Source: Eledone cirrhosa
Lineage: Eukaryota
Direction: 5' to 3'
NCBI GenBank assembly: GCA_964016885.1
Contig: OZ024740.1
Location: forward strand, 411,370,001-411,434,000
DNA: 64,000 nt
Shown here in pieces: positions 1-16,053 of this stretch. The notes under the pieces are model-generated. The model did not search any database, was not told the DNA's origin, and saw only the letters and a program-made list of their open reading frames with translations. A program made the position numbers and the translations under genes. Numbering within the stretch: position 1 is the first letter of the stretch; every line of letters starts with the position of its first letter.

Positions 1-1497
1 CAATGATGTTTAGTTGTAATAATATATCTCAGAATCAGTCTCTCCATTGATGGCAGAAATAAAGTATAAATCACTGTAAACTAGGAATAGAGAACGTCAC
101 ATTTCATACGATTACAAAGTCAGTCAGTTTCAATCCATCGTCCGTTGGAAACATTGGCATCAAAAGCTTTCAACAGATACAAAGCATAATTGTAAACCCG
201 AGGAAGCTAATACCAAGGAGAAGATCTCTTGGTTTTGATAATAATGTATAAAATAAAAGAGAACACAATCAAATTGCAATTCTTTCTTGTAATTTTCAGT
301 TAGAATGCACACCTAATGGCTATAATTGAAATTCCTTACGTAATCATAAAAAAAATACACGTAAAGAAACAATTTCCAAGGGTTAAGCATTAAAAATCAA
401 TAGCAAACGTATTGATTATTTGTTAAAGTTAACATGCTAAAGGAAATATATTTACCGTAAATTGATATTAAATAAGAAATAAAAAGCCTTCTGTAGGCAG
501 TGAAGTAGTTTCTCATTAATAGAAAAAAAAAGCTACTACACCCACGCACAAACAACATATACGTTCATATATATTCCCATATACACATCTGATTCTCAAA
601 GCAAAGAGAATGGTGTCAATTCTACTTCTAAAGTTTGAAAAATTTGTGTTGAACAAATCACTGTGTCTTCTTACTGTGTAAATTTAATATAGGAAAAACT
701 CAATCCAGCTGAATTTCACGATCAATTAACTGTATAGTTTCCCATCACATGTTGTAGAGCTATTTTAATTGAGGTACTAAAGCAAAAAAAAATACGACTT
801 GCTAATTAATAGCACTACTTTCCACTTAATTACTTCTATAAATTATCAGCATCAGATTTCTTATATTATTGTTTATATTTTTCTTATGTGGTTTTGGTTT
901 CAACTTGTTTATTTTCGCTTTGACAATTTCGTTTTATTTTTTGAATGACAAATCGTGTAAAATCGTTGATGTATAACAACAATAGCAATAATATTCATGA
1001 CGGCAATGATACTATACGGAAGACAAGATACGTCAATAATCCTGTATTGTAATGCTACATGAAATACAGATAAACAAAAAGGATTTCCTAAGGTATGATT
1101 GACTGATATTTTAGTTGCGATGGAAACCAAATGTATAAACAATAAATCAATAATTTACAGAGTCTTTGATGGTGAGTAGGATGTGATTGAATGATTGATT
1201 GTCTGAGCGTTTCTATGATTCTAAACTGAACAGGACCCACATAAGTGATTGATTAGGTGGGAATATACGGAGACTAATTTAATTTAAAGGAAAGACTATA
1301 ATACAATAAACTAATGATATATTGTGACACCTGCATTTTCCTTTCAGGAAAACAGTATACACTCTTCATTACCTGACTCTACAGAAAAAGAAAATCGACA
1401 AAGGAATGTTTACCAAGTTATATACAATAAAACAAGTTAAAAATAGATTTATGTTGATTAAACTACGTTTTCAAACTTTACATTTTTCATAACACAC

Positions 1498-1790
1498 TGG
1501 CATAACCATGGGTTTGAGAAATTCACTTCATAACCACATAGCTCTGGGTTTGATTATCATATGTGGAAACTAAATGAGTTGGCTTGTATTGTAACCTCCG
1601 TTGACCAAAATTTGGGCGTTGAATTTTAGAAACGGAAACTGAGTCATTGTTCATCTCGTTTAGTTGCATCTGCGCTTGTGTTTACCGCTGTAAAAGCCAT
1701 TGCCATGTCAAAAGAGGGAAAGGTGCGGTTCATATCGATATATAAGACCAACAATCCTTTATTACTATTTACCAGCATTTTTCAGATATA
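1498..1790 (+). mobile_element. Degenerate tRNA-derived SINE remnant
   Basis: Weak resemblance to common cephalopod SINE bodies (AACCACATAGCTCTGGGTT...AACGGAAACTGA); heavily decayed. Confidence 0.4.
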
Positions 1791-1833
1791 AACAAATGTT
1801 TATGTATATTTCATGTGTATACACACACACACA

Positions 1834-2776
<943 letters not shown>

Positions 2777-2845
2777 TATATATATATATATATATAGTAA
2801 GAATATTTTCGAAACAGTGAGCGGGTTTGAAATTATTATAAATGA

Positions 2846-3306
<461 letters not shown>

Positions 3307-3519
3307 CTTTGAAATTACTAACATATTTGATGAAATAATTTAAAACGTTGCCAATGTTGTTCAAGAAATGTTTCTTTTGAAATATTACAGAGTAAAGATG
3401 TACCTTTAAGCAAACGACCCAAATATATGGACACTCGGGATCCACAAGATATCTTCAAGGACCTTGTTTATCTAACTTTGCAGCAGGTAAGCTATTTTAT
3501 CTTCATTAATAGTAAATAA

Positions 3520-3677
3520 GGCCGGTGAATTGGCAGTATTGGGAGAAGGTCGGACATGCTTTCCAGCGTAGTTACGTCCATTTACGATCTGAGTACAATC
3601 CCGCCGGGGTTGATAAGATAAAGTACCAGTAATGTACTGGGTAATGCTGGCCTTGTGCCAAAAGTAGAAATAATTAA
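3520..3677 (+). mobile_element. tRNA-derived SINE, family S1
   Basis: A-box TGGCAGTATTGG, decayed B-box, shared tail GTACCAGTAATG...GGCCTTGTGCCAAAAGTAGAAA found in many copies in this window. Confidence 0.8.
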
Positions 3678-3738
3678 TACTAAATAACAGACCAGTAATA
3701 AAAGTTGTAATTAGCACACTGCTCCATCAAATTACTGC

Positions 3739-4356
3739 GATTCCATTTGTTTTGAGCGAAGTCACTTTGAGCGGAGTTATTTTGAGTGAAACATTAAGAG
3801 CGAAATGTAATTTCAGCGAAGATTAATTTTAATCGAATTATACACTATCTAGTTTTAAACAAGATATATACTATCTATAAAAGCACGAAATATTTTGGAA
3901 TTTGTTCAGGAGAACCTGCACAAAAGAAGAGAAAATACGTGAACTTAGAAAGAAGAATTAAAGGCATTGTTGAATCAAGAGAAGATTTAGAAATTACAAA
4001 TTATCTTAAACACCTTGTCTACAACATTATCTTTTGAATCTTTATTCTCTCTAGAATTAGTTTTTTTTTTCAATTTTAAAAGTTGTGAACTGTTAGTTCT
4101 TTCTACCATAAAATATGTCGATTTTTAATATTTGTTTATTTACCCGTTGTGGAGGTTTACTTATAGATTTCTAGTATATATATATATATATATATATATT
4201 TCTTTTTTATCAGTTTCGCTCAAGGCGTCTTTCAAAAAACAGTTTGTGGTTCGCTCAAACTGACATCGCTCGATCGGTATCGCTGAAAATATACATAATT
4301 TTAACTTCGCTCACAATCACCTCGTTCAAAATAACTTCGCTCAAACGACTGGACAC
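3739..4356 (+). mobile_element. Mutator-like (MULE) DNA transposon, internally deleted
   Basis: 10-bp TSD AAATTACTGC (3729-3738, 4357-4366); imperfect TIRs built of GAGCGAA/TTCGCTC subrepeats; 3909-4037 encodes GEPAQKKRKYVNLERRIKGIVESREDLEITNYLKHLVYNIIF*, resembling MULE transposase C-termini. Confidence 0.75.
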
Positions 4357-4806
4357 AAATTACTGCAGCTAAGCATGTTCAACTTTCTTAATAAACATTT
4401 CCGAGACACTTTTGTTAAATTTATTATAAAACATTTTTTAAATATATTCGCCTCCCAGATAATATTCTCATGTCTGTTTGTTTTTAACAGATCCTCTTTG
4501 AAGCTTCTGTTGTCTTTTGAAAATAAAAGTATTTTTTTCCTTTTCTTATTATTAAATTAAACAATTTAGCAGATTAATATAATAAGTGATTGGGTACTTG
4601 AGTTTTCACAAATCGAATACACACATACGTCCACACATACATACATACATTCATTCATGCACACACACACACACACACACACATACACACACACATACAT
4701 ACACACACACATACACACACACACACAGAAACAGAAATAACAATACTATCCGTACAGTATATGGAAGGAATATATTAGTTTAACGCATGATATAGCAGGA
4801 AGAGGG

Positions 4807-4843
4807 TCTTAAGGTTTCGGGCGTTAGTCCTTCATCAGTCAGA
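4807..4843 (-). ncRNA. Minimal hammerhead ribozyme, degenerate, in a short repeat at ~4727-4915
   Basis: Minus strand UCUGA-CUGAUGA-AGGACUAACGCCC-GAAA-CCUUA-AGA; same family as 9264-9299. Confidence 0.55.
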
Positions 4844-5397
4844 AGAAAGAGTGAGATATTAGAAAGATTGAAGGGACAGTCAGGGTGGAATCGGAAAAAA
4901 TGTTTTTAGAGAAAAATAACAGGCCCATTTATGTTGCCATCTCTTGTATATACATACATACAGAAATGTGCAACCATATACATATTTAGGCTTAGTGGGT
5001 GATGGTAATGTTTCTCATAATTAGTGCTATTCATATGAAATTTGACTAGCATATATCTATTGCTATCAAACGTGTAAATTACAATCTTCATAAAGTAGAA
5101 TAAGTTAATAGGCTGTGTGGAAGAAGAGTCTTACATTTCGGGCAGTAGTCTTACTCATAGGAATAGATTTACTTATTGAATGAAATCGGTTAAATAATTG
5201 TGTGATTGTTGCCTTCTGCTGCCTCAAGCCACAACATATTGAATATCATTTGATTTATGCAAACTATATAATGACTTCTCCAGACTACTTAACTATATCT
5301 AGCTATCTGTCATACTCTCTCCTTTCTCTTTATATATATGTGTGTGTGTATGTATATATATATATCAATTTATATCCATCTATATACATTCACACAT

Positions 5398-5462
<65 letters not shown>

Positions 5463-5493
5463 AACAAACACACACGCTCACACATGCGCGCGT

Positions 5494-5599
<106 letters not shown>

Positions 5600-6073
5600 C
5601 ATGTATATTACTATTGGTAAAATATAATGCATCCTACAAAAACTTTGTTCAATGTTCAGTAATCATAGATGGCCTAATTGATGACGCTGTGCCTTAATAC
5701 ACATGAAATCATTTATGAGCCATAGGACATGTAGATTTACTGTTTCTCATACAATATTTTATTGATATTGTTTCTAAAAATATAGGCTTATTCCCTTTAC
5801 TCTTACGTATAGTCTCTCTCTCCCTCTCTGATTGAAATGTCGTGCTTCCTTACAGGTTATGACACATATAGTTAAAATATATGGGAGTTCAGTTATGTGT
5901 TCGACGCTATTCAGATTTTAATTTATTACTTTTAAACGGATACCACCACGAAACTCTGATTGCCGGCGAAAACCTATGCATAGGCACCCTGTAATTTCAG
6001 AAATACAAATGACAAATATATTTACATATCGAGGGTTCATTCTTTCGTAATTATAATCCGCACCCAGAAAAGG

Positions 6074-6130
<57 letters not shown>

Positions 6131-6732
6131 CACAAAGAATGCGTGCTGTTATACATATGCTCGCCCACATACATTAATATTCGTGTGTCTGTAGAAGATG
6201 CAGTGATTTATGTATGGCCAGAAATGAACTTGAACCTCATACAATTCTGTTTGTCCTCAGATATTTTACGAAGTTAATGTTCCCGAATGTTGAGGTTATA
6301 TATTCACCTCATTAGTTGATATGTTCAAGACCTGTTTAAGATCGATTCACTCAACTACATACTTCGAACCTTTTCTTAATATAATCGGCTTGTACATCAA
6401 ATAACTAAACGTAGCAAATAAGTTCCTTCACTTGATTCGGCAAAAAATATTAATGCCGTTCTAGGTGTGCTCAAAGGTCAACACCTATGCTTTTGCGAAA
6501 GTATTGAGAAATGAAAGTGTTATCTCCTTTGACTGTCTAGACCATAACAAATGCATTGCAGGGCGAACTACTTTCTAATTGATGTGCTTAATTTGCTAAA
6601 CGTGACATAATTATTCTTTCAAAACAGCTTGCATTATTTTAATTTTATCATTATCTATTTCATTTCGCATATTTCAATGGCACATTCCGAGGTGAAAGAG
6701 CAGCGCCCAAGAAATATTCCAGTAGAGCTAAT

Positions 6733-6885
6733 TGCTTTCCAGCATAGTTACGTCCCTTTACGGTCTGAGTTCAAATCCCGTAGAGGTTAACTTTGCCTTT
6801 CATCCTTACCGGGTCGATAAAATAAAGTACCAGTAATGAACTGGGTAATTGCTGGCCTTGTGCCAAAAGTAGAAACAATTATTAT
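6733..6885 (+). mobile_element. SINE S1, 5'-truncated
   Basis: B-box GAGTTCAAATCC and full S1 body and tail. Confidence 0.8.
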
Positions 6886-7432
6886 TTCATATGTCAAAAG
6901 AATGTTGCATTAGAAGATTCAGGAGAGCGTCAGACAGAATGCTTAACATATTTTTTCAGGCTCTTTACGTTCTGAGCTCAAATATCTCATTGGTCAGTTT
7001 TGCATTATATCATTTCGGGGTTTATAGTAGTCAACCACTGGATGCGTTGTAGTCAATTTTCTCCTTTCTCAAAAATACCTGGCCTTGTAGCTATATTAGA
7101 AACTCTTATTACATATGTCAATATTATCTTCTGTGATTTTTATTATTGCTTACAATATTATAAAAATAATTTTGAAGTAGTGTAATGTTTTTTGACATTA
7201 CTCTGTGCTATTGCTTTTATATTAAATTCTCATTAGTAAACGAAATGATCATAAAATAGATGTCCTCAGTATGAGAGACGGTTAATGTTTATGAATATAT
7301 AAATCACCAGTAAGTTTTTTACGTTGGTGTTTAGCGATATATGGCTATTTAAATTTTCTGGTTTTCTTTTATTATTGTGTCTAAATATGCATATATGTGA
7401 TACGGTATTATCACTATTATTTTATTTTTCAG

Positions 7433-7571
7433 CTGGTGTCGGAGGGTAAGGTCACTCCAGACGTAGTGACCGGCGCTGACATTGGTGTTCCAGGCAAGAG
7501 AGGTCACCAGGGACTGTGTCTTAGACGTACCGCTAGCCAGAGATTTATCGCATATCCCTGCTGGCAGTCCG
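7433..7571 (+). CDS. SPTR: Coding exon of an SPTR-family (ERYM-like) neuropeptide precursor
   Basis: Acceptor TTTTTCAG, donor GTATGT, raised GC; translates LVSEGKVTPDVVTGADIGVPG-KR-GHQGLCLRRTASQRFIAYPCWQS, a dibasic site followed by a two-Cys peptide resembling (from memory) the Lymnaea ERYM peptide GICMKK...FIPFPCLRSG. Confidence 0.75.
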
Positions 7572-7840
7572 GTATGTACAATATATAATTCTACCATTCC
7601 AGAACGGTTAAAACTGCATCGCATGGTTAAATTTATTGTCAAACCTAAACTGAGACCTTTTCTATATTTCATTGTGATTGTTTCGCTTATCTCTAATGCG
7701 CACTGGAAACTTGTAAAAACAAACAGGAACCAACTAAATCCTGTATTATTAGGCCAAGTCTGTAAAATGTGTCGACTACATTTTTAGATTTTCCTGATCA
7801 TAAAAGGTCATGAAATTGTTACTGTTTGCCGCAAGAGAGC

Positions 7841-7887
<47 letters not shown>

Positions 7888-7889
<2 letters not shown>

Positions 7890-7975
7890 GGGCGTCCCCA
7901 CAAAATGTATACACACTTTGATTACAATGCTGTTGTAGTGTGTATAGGTTTTCTGGGGGGGGGGGGCAATGTGTA
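7888..7975. mobile_element. Small Tc1/mariner-like MITE remnant
   Basis: Starts CAGGGCGTCCCCACAAAATGTATACACACT, with a decayed inverted copy AGTGTGTATAGGTTTTCTGGGG. Confidence 0.4.
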
Positions 7976-8961
7976 TATAGAGAGCCTGTTTACCCTTTAA
8001 CAGTAAATGTTTAAAATAGGGAATAAAAGCATTAGTTAATAATGAATTTCGTTAGAAGACTACACTTTAATAAAAGTAAAAGTCCAGTACAAATAGTAAA
8101 CACATCCAGTGCAAATACATCCTACACATATAATATACAAAATGGATTTAATTCTTCATATTTATAGAATCGATGAACATGTCATTAAATATCTTAAAAC
8201 AGAGCATCACCTGCATCGGAGAGATCTAAATTCACTGTTTCACTTCATTGTCCATTCAATGTAACTTGCATCGATATAATTTTATAGGAAGCTAAATTTT
8301 TTAAAACTCAATTCGGAGTTTCGCGTTGGCGATTGTTCCAACGACTCATTTAATGAAATATTGATTAAACAGCAACATACTTTATTTATTCTAAACATTT
8401 TATGCTTTCATATTTTATAAAACCAAACACATCGTATTCATAAAAGCAAAATAGTAACCGTCCGATACAATATTACACCACTCAAAAAGAATTAAACAAC
8501 ATGAAAAACGTCGAACGAAAATTAGTTTAATGTTACAGACTTAATTGGAAATACGAGAGAAAAACGATTTTAACCGGGCCAATGCAAACTCCAAACAAAA
8601 ACTGCGTATTGTCAACTAAAACTAAAACATCTCTAACGAACAGACGATGTCACATATTGTATCTATATCTTTCACAGGAATTTATATAAAAAAGACAACT
8701 GGAGAACTCGAAAGGAAACTAATATATCAGTTTCTATTTTGTCTCTGGTCTCAAGAAATATATTCTACAATATTAAGGATATGTTAATCAACACCACAGA
8801 AAAGACTGAGGAATTAGTAGCCATCAGATATTAGACAAATATGCAACAAAACCTTTGTTTTCCTTCTGAATTTACACTGACTAACTTGATGACTTCACAC
8901 AACAAATATATCTTGAATTGTGGTATAGTCACAGAATCTAATATATTTGTATATGTGTGTG

Positions 8962-8994
<33 letters not shown>

Positions 8995-8995
8995 C

Positions 8996-9166
<171 letters not shown>

Positions 9167-9263
9167 CAGTGTGTATGTAAAAACTAAACAGAAATAACAA
9201 CACAATCGGTACAGTATATGGAAGGGATATATTAGGTTAACGCTTGATATAGGAAGAAGATGG

Positions 9264-9299
9264 TCTTAATGTTTCGGACGCTAGTTCTTCATCAGAAGA
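9264..9299 (-). ncRNA. Minimal hammerhead ribozyme in a short repeat at ~9185-9395 (intronic, antisense)
   Basis: Minus strand UCUU-CUGAUGA-AGAACUAGCGUCC-GAAA-CAUU-AAGA; stem I UCUU/AAGA intact, stem II weak. Confidence 0.6.
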
Positions 9300-9607
9300 A
9301 AGAATGAGAAATAAGATAGATTGCGGGGACGGGAGGGATGGAATTGGAAAAAATGTATATGTGCAAGAAAATTGGCGTCCGTAGGTGGTATACCATATAT
9401 ATATATATATGTATATGTGTGTGTGTGGGGGGGGGGGGGGGGTATGTATGTATACATGGTTGTTTGTTTGTGAGTGTGTGTAGAGACACATTTTCAGCAC
9501 GTTGCACCCTTATGTCTAATGTGTGTTCGTTTCATTGTTTAAAATATCAATGTGTGTTCTCTTTTTCTATTCACCGATTTACGTTTCGTTTTATTTTACT
9601 TTTACAG

Positions 9608-9618
9608 GAAGCAAATAA
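9608..9618 (+). CDS. SPTR: Probable terminal coding exon of the SPTR-like precursor (G-S-K-stop), followed by 3' UTR
   Basis: Long polypyrimidine tract plus TTTTACAG acceptor; the phase-1 join gives ...CWQS-GGA-AGC-AAA-TAA; candidate AATAAA near 10374. Confidence 0.6.
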
Positions 9619-10568
9619 ATGCTCGGCAATCGGAAACGAATGAGCCAGGAAGACACAGCCCCTCTCCTCATCGCAATGACGTTATCGTCTATCTTTCACC
9701 AATAGTCTGATCTCCATTATACTCTCAGGCTACAGAAAGTCATACATTGGCTCTTTCTCTCCCTCCCTATATCTTTCTCTCTATTTCTCTATAAATCTCG
9801 ACCTATATCGTCACATCTATCTCTATATATCTATTTTCTCTCACCCATCTTTCTATCACATATAACTACCTTTTTCATTTTCTCTCATTTTTTTTTGTCA
9901 CGCTCTTAATATTTTTGACCAACTCACCCCAGGAGGCATAGAAAACAGACACACACGCAATCACATTATCAGATACACACACACACATAAACAGACAAAC
10001 GCATTCTATCTTTCAACATTCCAACTTTCTTTCATTTTGCCATTTCTATGGTAATTCTCCTAACCTTTTCTTCTTTCCACATTTTTCGCTCTTTCTTCTA
10101 AAATTACAGCCCTCGTTTTTCATTATTTCTTCGCTTTACTTTCCATGCCTCAGTTCAAATATTCAGATCGTACCTTCTTTCTATTTCCAACTCTTTCTAC
10201 ATGGTTACCATTTAACTGTTGGTGTACTCTGTTGTAACATAGTTTTAAATTTAATCGCCGCCGCTTCTTCAATGCCTGAGCGTAATATCAGATATATTTT
10301 CGGATCTACCGAAAATTAACTCACTTTTTGAATATTCTTTTTCTTTTTCTCTTTCTCTCTCTATTTTTTCTGGAATAAACATATTGAAGAGAAAAAAAAC
10401 AACAATCATTCAATGTTGTTGATTTTAGTAATTTTCAATGTAATTTAATTTCAACTATTCCACACAGACACACACCTCACGTAAACACATATAAGCAAAT
10501 AAGAATATATATATATGCACATATATATAAATATATATATATATATACACACATATATATATAAATAT

Positions 10569-10676
<108 letters not shown>

Positions 10677-10725
10677 ATATATATACATATGTGTGTGTGT
10701 TCCTGTGTGTGTCTGTGTATACATT

Positions 10726-10761
<36 letters not shown>

Positions 10762-11090
10762 AACACTTACTTGCTTTGCAAAGGTGTATATATATTTTAC
10801 TCCACTCAATATATGAGATACGAAACAGAAAACTGTAAAACGTCATTGAATTAAATAATTTTATCCCAAATAAATTTATAAATATATAAATATATATTAT
10901 ATCTATATATATCTGTTGACATTGACAAAAGAATGATTAAATATATTCGAAAATAAAACCAATATTATTATATTTGTATATTATTAATTAAGCATTATTG
11001 CTTACTGAGATAATTGCAAAAAGATTATATATATACATATATATCTGACAAGAACACAGCAATAACAACTGAAAAAATAATCATGGTTTG

Positions 11091-11198
<108 letters not shown>

Positions 11199-11521
11199 GT
11201 TTCATATATAGGCACAAGACCAGTAAATAGGGGGGAGGGGAAAGAATAATAATAAATAAGGTGTCAGGAAGACACTCGGCATATATCTCAGAAACAATAA
11301 TGAAAGAAAATAAAAACAATAATAATAATGAAAACAACAACAACAACAACAACAATGTATATATATATAAGAAAATAAAAATACATGCCACTCTATTATA
11401 TATGTATATAATATGTATGATCTACATTGTGGTTATTATGTTACTCATTAATAATCATATTTAAACATTTGATCATAAAAGTGTTAAATACTAATCTCCT
11501 AGAAATGGTCTTCCTCACATT

Positions 11522-11599
<78 letters not shown>

Positions 11600-11668
11600 A
11601 AAGAAGATGAAATCGAAAATACAACTAGAGTCTTATTTAAAAAATATATATATATATTTATTTAGTTC

Positions 11669-11750
<82 letters not shown>

Positions 11751-11921
11751 ATTAAATAAATGGAAAACTATATTTATAAAACCATATTTATTTCATTATA
11801 TATATTTCGGGGATATCATATTAACAATATGTTATGCCTTCATCAGACAAAATACAATATAAACAGTTTTATAGATAAATATATTCGACATACCGTAATA
11901 AACATCAACTTTATAATATAT

Positions 11922-12018
<97 letters not shown>

Positions 12019-12486
12019 TAATATTGAGCAATGAAAGGTGGTAAGGTACATAATGAATCCATCGTTTTTACGAAGGTTTTAAATTGCGAAAATAAATAAA
12101 AGCTTTTATCAATATACTGACTAACTGGTAGCAGTTATGCAACTCTATATAATTAACCTCAAAATACATCCAATATGGTTTTTATCTACAGAAACAATGA
12201 GAATATATGCCTTCGATTAGTCAGTATATCGATATTTTAAAATATTATTTGTGCTCTGAAACGATCGTGAAACATTGGATGTATTATCAACTATACTTAC
12301 CCTCATTTGTTTTCATTGTTCAACATGATACATCTGACCCTCTAGTTGTTTAATATACAATGACTTGTAATAAGACAACATTTTCCCAAAAACAAATATT
12401 GCTTGTCTTAGATGGGATAAAGCATATTATCACTACAATTAGTTCTCTTAGATTTATAAGTCCAAACTTTATTGACTAGAATATAA

Positions 12487-12651
<165 letters not shown>

Positions 12652-13196
12652 TGTATGTCTGAATATATATATATATATATATATGTATGTATATATATAC
12701 ATACATATATGTGTACACATATATATACATATATATATTTACACATACACACGCATACACATACATACATATACATATACAGAAATAGATAGATATTGGT
12801 ATGGATTTAGATATATTGAGATATGTTTTTATGTATTCCAGAATGTGAATTTCGAAAGTTACTGATTGTTACTTATTACATCTTAAAAGAGAAAATGAAA
12901 ATACTCTGTGAAAGCACTAATCATAAATGGTGAAAGATATGCAATTACCTCGCCTTCCTATTTATACGAGATCCGTCAAACGACTTATGTATTTTGGCTT
13001 GCTGAAGTAGAACAACCAATTTTTGGCGTAGTGTGTAGTTTCAAGCATAGTGATATTGTTTAGATATTATTTGGAATATATAGATGGATTTATTATTATT
13101 TGCTTAATTAGAGCCATGCTCCGCTATTATTATTATTATTATTATTACTATTACTATTACTATTACTATTATTATTATTATTATTATTATTATTGG

Positions 13197-13240
<44 letters not shown>

Positions 13241-13985
13241 AATAGTATTAATAATAATAACATCATCAAACATATCGTTGTTATACTTCTATTAACAATA
13301 TTATTATTTTTTTTCGTTTTGTTATAACATTTTCTCGTTATTATTATTATTATTGTTATCAAGTTATGATTAAAGTTGTACCAAAGCTTATACAGTATTG
13401 CCTGATGTAGTTATACGTGCATTTGAATCGAAATGAACTAAACATTTCATTTTAAAAAAATATATATTGCATGCATCGACACTGAAACAATAAATAATAT
13501 ACAGATTAGGTGAACACTTTCAACAAATTAAATACCTAAGTCAGATTTACGTCTGCTCAATATCTCAGACGACGTCGACATTTGTAGGTGAATGTTTAAC
13601 TAAATGATGTGGTCTGGAATATATAATGACTCACTGTGGAACTATATTGTGTGAGATCTGTGAAATGGCAGAAATACGAGTAAGCCATGTATTAGTTGGT
13701 TCTTGGTGTAATGTTTTTATTTTATTTTCAATTTAAGTAGGCTGATGCAAGGACTGAGAGAGGAAACCATCAGAATAAACCTCATATCTGTGATCTAGTA
13801 ATAGTAGGCCCAAAGGTTAAATTTAACTGTAACAGTATTTGGAATATAGCCGCGGGCATTTGTGAGAATTGCCGTATCTGGATTCCTCATATGAGAACAG
13901 TACAACGGTTGATTGTTTGGTATGTCAGATTTACAAATTTGACACTTTTGACTGTACAAGTCTGTTGTGTTCATGGTGCACTGAT

Positions 13986-14297
<312 letters not shown>

Positions 14298-14999
14298 TAT
14301 GTGTGTGTGTGTATGTGTGTGTGTGTGTATCTCTGTGTTTGTGTAACCTGCTTTAAAAGCGAACCTGGTGGAATCTAACCCTCTTTCCAATTTCATATGG
14401 ACGATTCTGGTCAAAGCATCTCCATAACGCCACGGGTGGTAGACAGGTAAATCTACCTACACAAGGTGGTTTATATACTGCCAGAACATGCGATAAGCAT
14501 CAACAACATAATTGACCCAATGAATACTGCTACGTGATAAGCACTTTTACGCAAACTTCTAAACACTGGCCCCTACAAATACAACCTTGAACAAAAACGC
14601 GCACCCTGACAACACTAATATGAGATCCTCCATAGTCATATATTTTTAATTGAAAATCCAGATCATTCAGGGGAATTAGTTAAACAGAGCAGAAGTGATA
14701 CGTGATGCAATGGTGACGCCAGAACGTTCATAATATCACATACTGGATATCTCTGCATTCCACTTAAATTAACGATGATCCCACTGCGCAAATTTCCATG
14801 TTCTGTCACATATTTCTCAACACTATCACGTGCATAGATTACATATCTATTCAAGTGACATAGCGCCCTCTAACACCTTGGCGGCTCGCACAATTTTACA
14901 TTATGTTATATATATATAATATATTAATTAACTGTAGAGTTAACACTGTGCAATTTATACTAGAGGTTTTTACGAAAGTAGAGGCAACATATTTATGTA

Positions 15000-15188
15000 T
15001 TATTGTCTCTACTTTAGACACAAGGCCAGCAATTACCCAGTGCATTACTGGTACTTTATTTTATCGACCCCGTAAGGATGAAAGGCAAAGTCAACCTCGG
15101 CGGGATTTGAACTCAGATCGTAAAGGGACGTAACTATGCTGGAAAGCATGGCATCCGACCCTCTACTGATACTGCCAATCCAACGCCC
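15000..15188 (-). mobile_element. SINE S1, full length
   Basis: Minus strand has A-box TGGCAGTATCAG and B-box GAGTTCAAATCC plus the S1 tail. Confidence 0.85.
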
Positions 15189-15386
15189 TTATGTATAATG
15201 AATATACATATGCTTCGTTGGGTGTACGTGAAACACTGACCAATTGGTTTTGGACTTTTCACACGACTATTGCGATATCTCTAAAGTGATCATAGTTCCA
15301 AATGACTGGAGTGAAACTACCTCATGTATATCAAAATGAAAAATATTGTAACTGCTATCGTACAGGTAATTACCCCCTTTCTCTCT

Positions 15387-15455
<69 letters not shown>

Positions 15456-15561
15456 TTGTAATAAAATGAAAACGGAATTTCATTTCTCACTCTTAATACG
15501 GCACTTACTTAAAAGGAAAGAATATACTTTCGAACGTTCAACTATCTGGCAGATGGGTATA

Positions 15562-15602
15562 CGGTGCTGATGATAGCTAACAAGCTTGAAACTAGTACAT
15601 CG
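15562..15602 (+). ncRNA. Type I minimal hammerhead ribozyme, intact core
   Basis: CGGUG-CUGAUGA-U-AGCU(AACA)AGCU-U-GAAA-CUAG-UA^CAUCG; 5-bp stem I, palindromic stem III ACUAGU, GUA cleavage site. Confidence 0.9.
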
Positions 15603-15751
15603 TTCCTGTGTCAGTGTTGAACAAAAAGGTGACGTGGTTGCCTTAACACCGTGCGGCATAAATTCAGGCTGTTCAGTTTGTTTACAAACGAACAAAGCGG
15701 GCGCTATAATAAGCGTCCGCTAAACTGATGCGTACATATATGTATGTGTAC

Positions 15752-15816
<65 letters not shown>

Positions 15817-15970
15817 TGCTACTGAAAGTCTGTATACATATATGTATGTACGTATACATACATACTTACATTTAAGTAAGTGCCGTACTAAGAGTGAGAA
15901 ATGAAATTTCGTTTTCATTTTATTACAACTCATCGTTTTCGGTGCGGCTGACCGATTTAACTCACTCGAT

Positions 15971-16018
15971 ATGCAAATTAGGCTGCTCAGCCGTTAATTT
16001 TCATAAGGAAAGCATATA
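15971..16018 (+). promoter_or_regulatory. Octamer plus PSE-like/TATA-like block upstream of the HHR
   Basis: ATGCAAAT at 15971, then TAATTTTCATA-AGGAAAGCATATA; the same block occurs at 36889-36936 (-) in an otherwise divergent family. Confidence 0.5.
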
Positions 16019-16053
16019 CTTTCGAACGTTCAGCTATCTGGCAGATGGGTATA

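Noticed and set aside
12050-12290. Weak inverted repeat (ATCAATATACTGACTAA / TTAGTCAGTATATCGAT)
   Set aside because: Probably an old MITE; termini and TSD cannot be defined.
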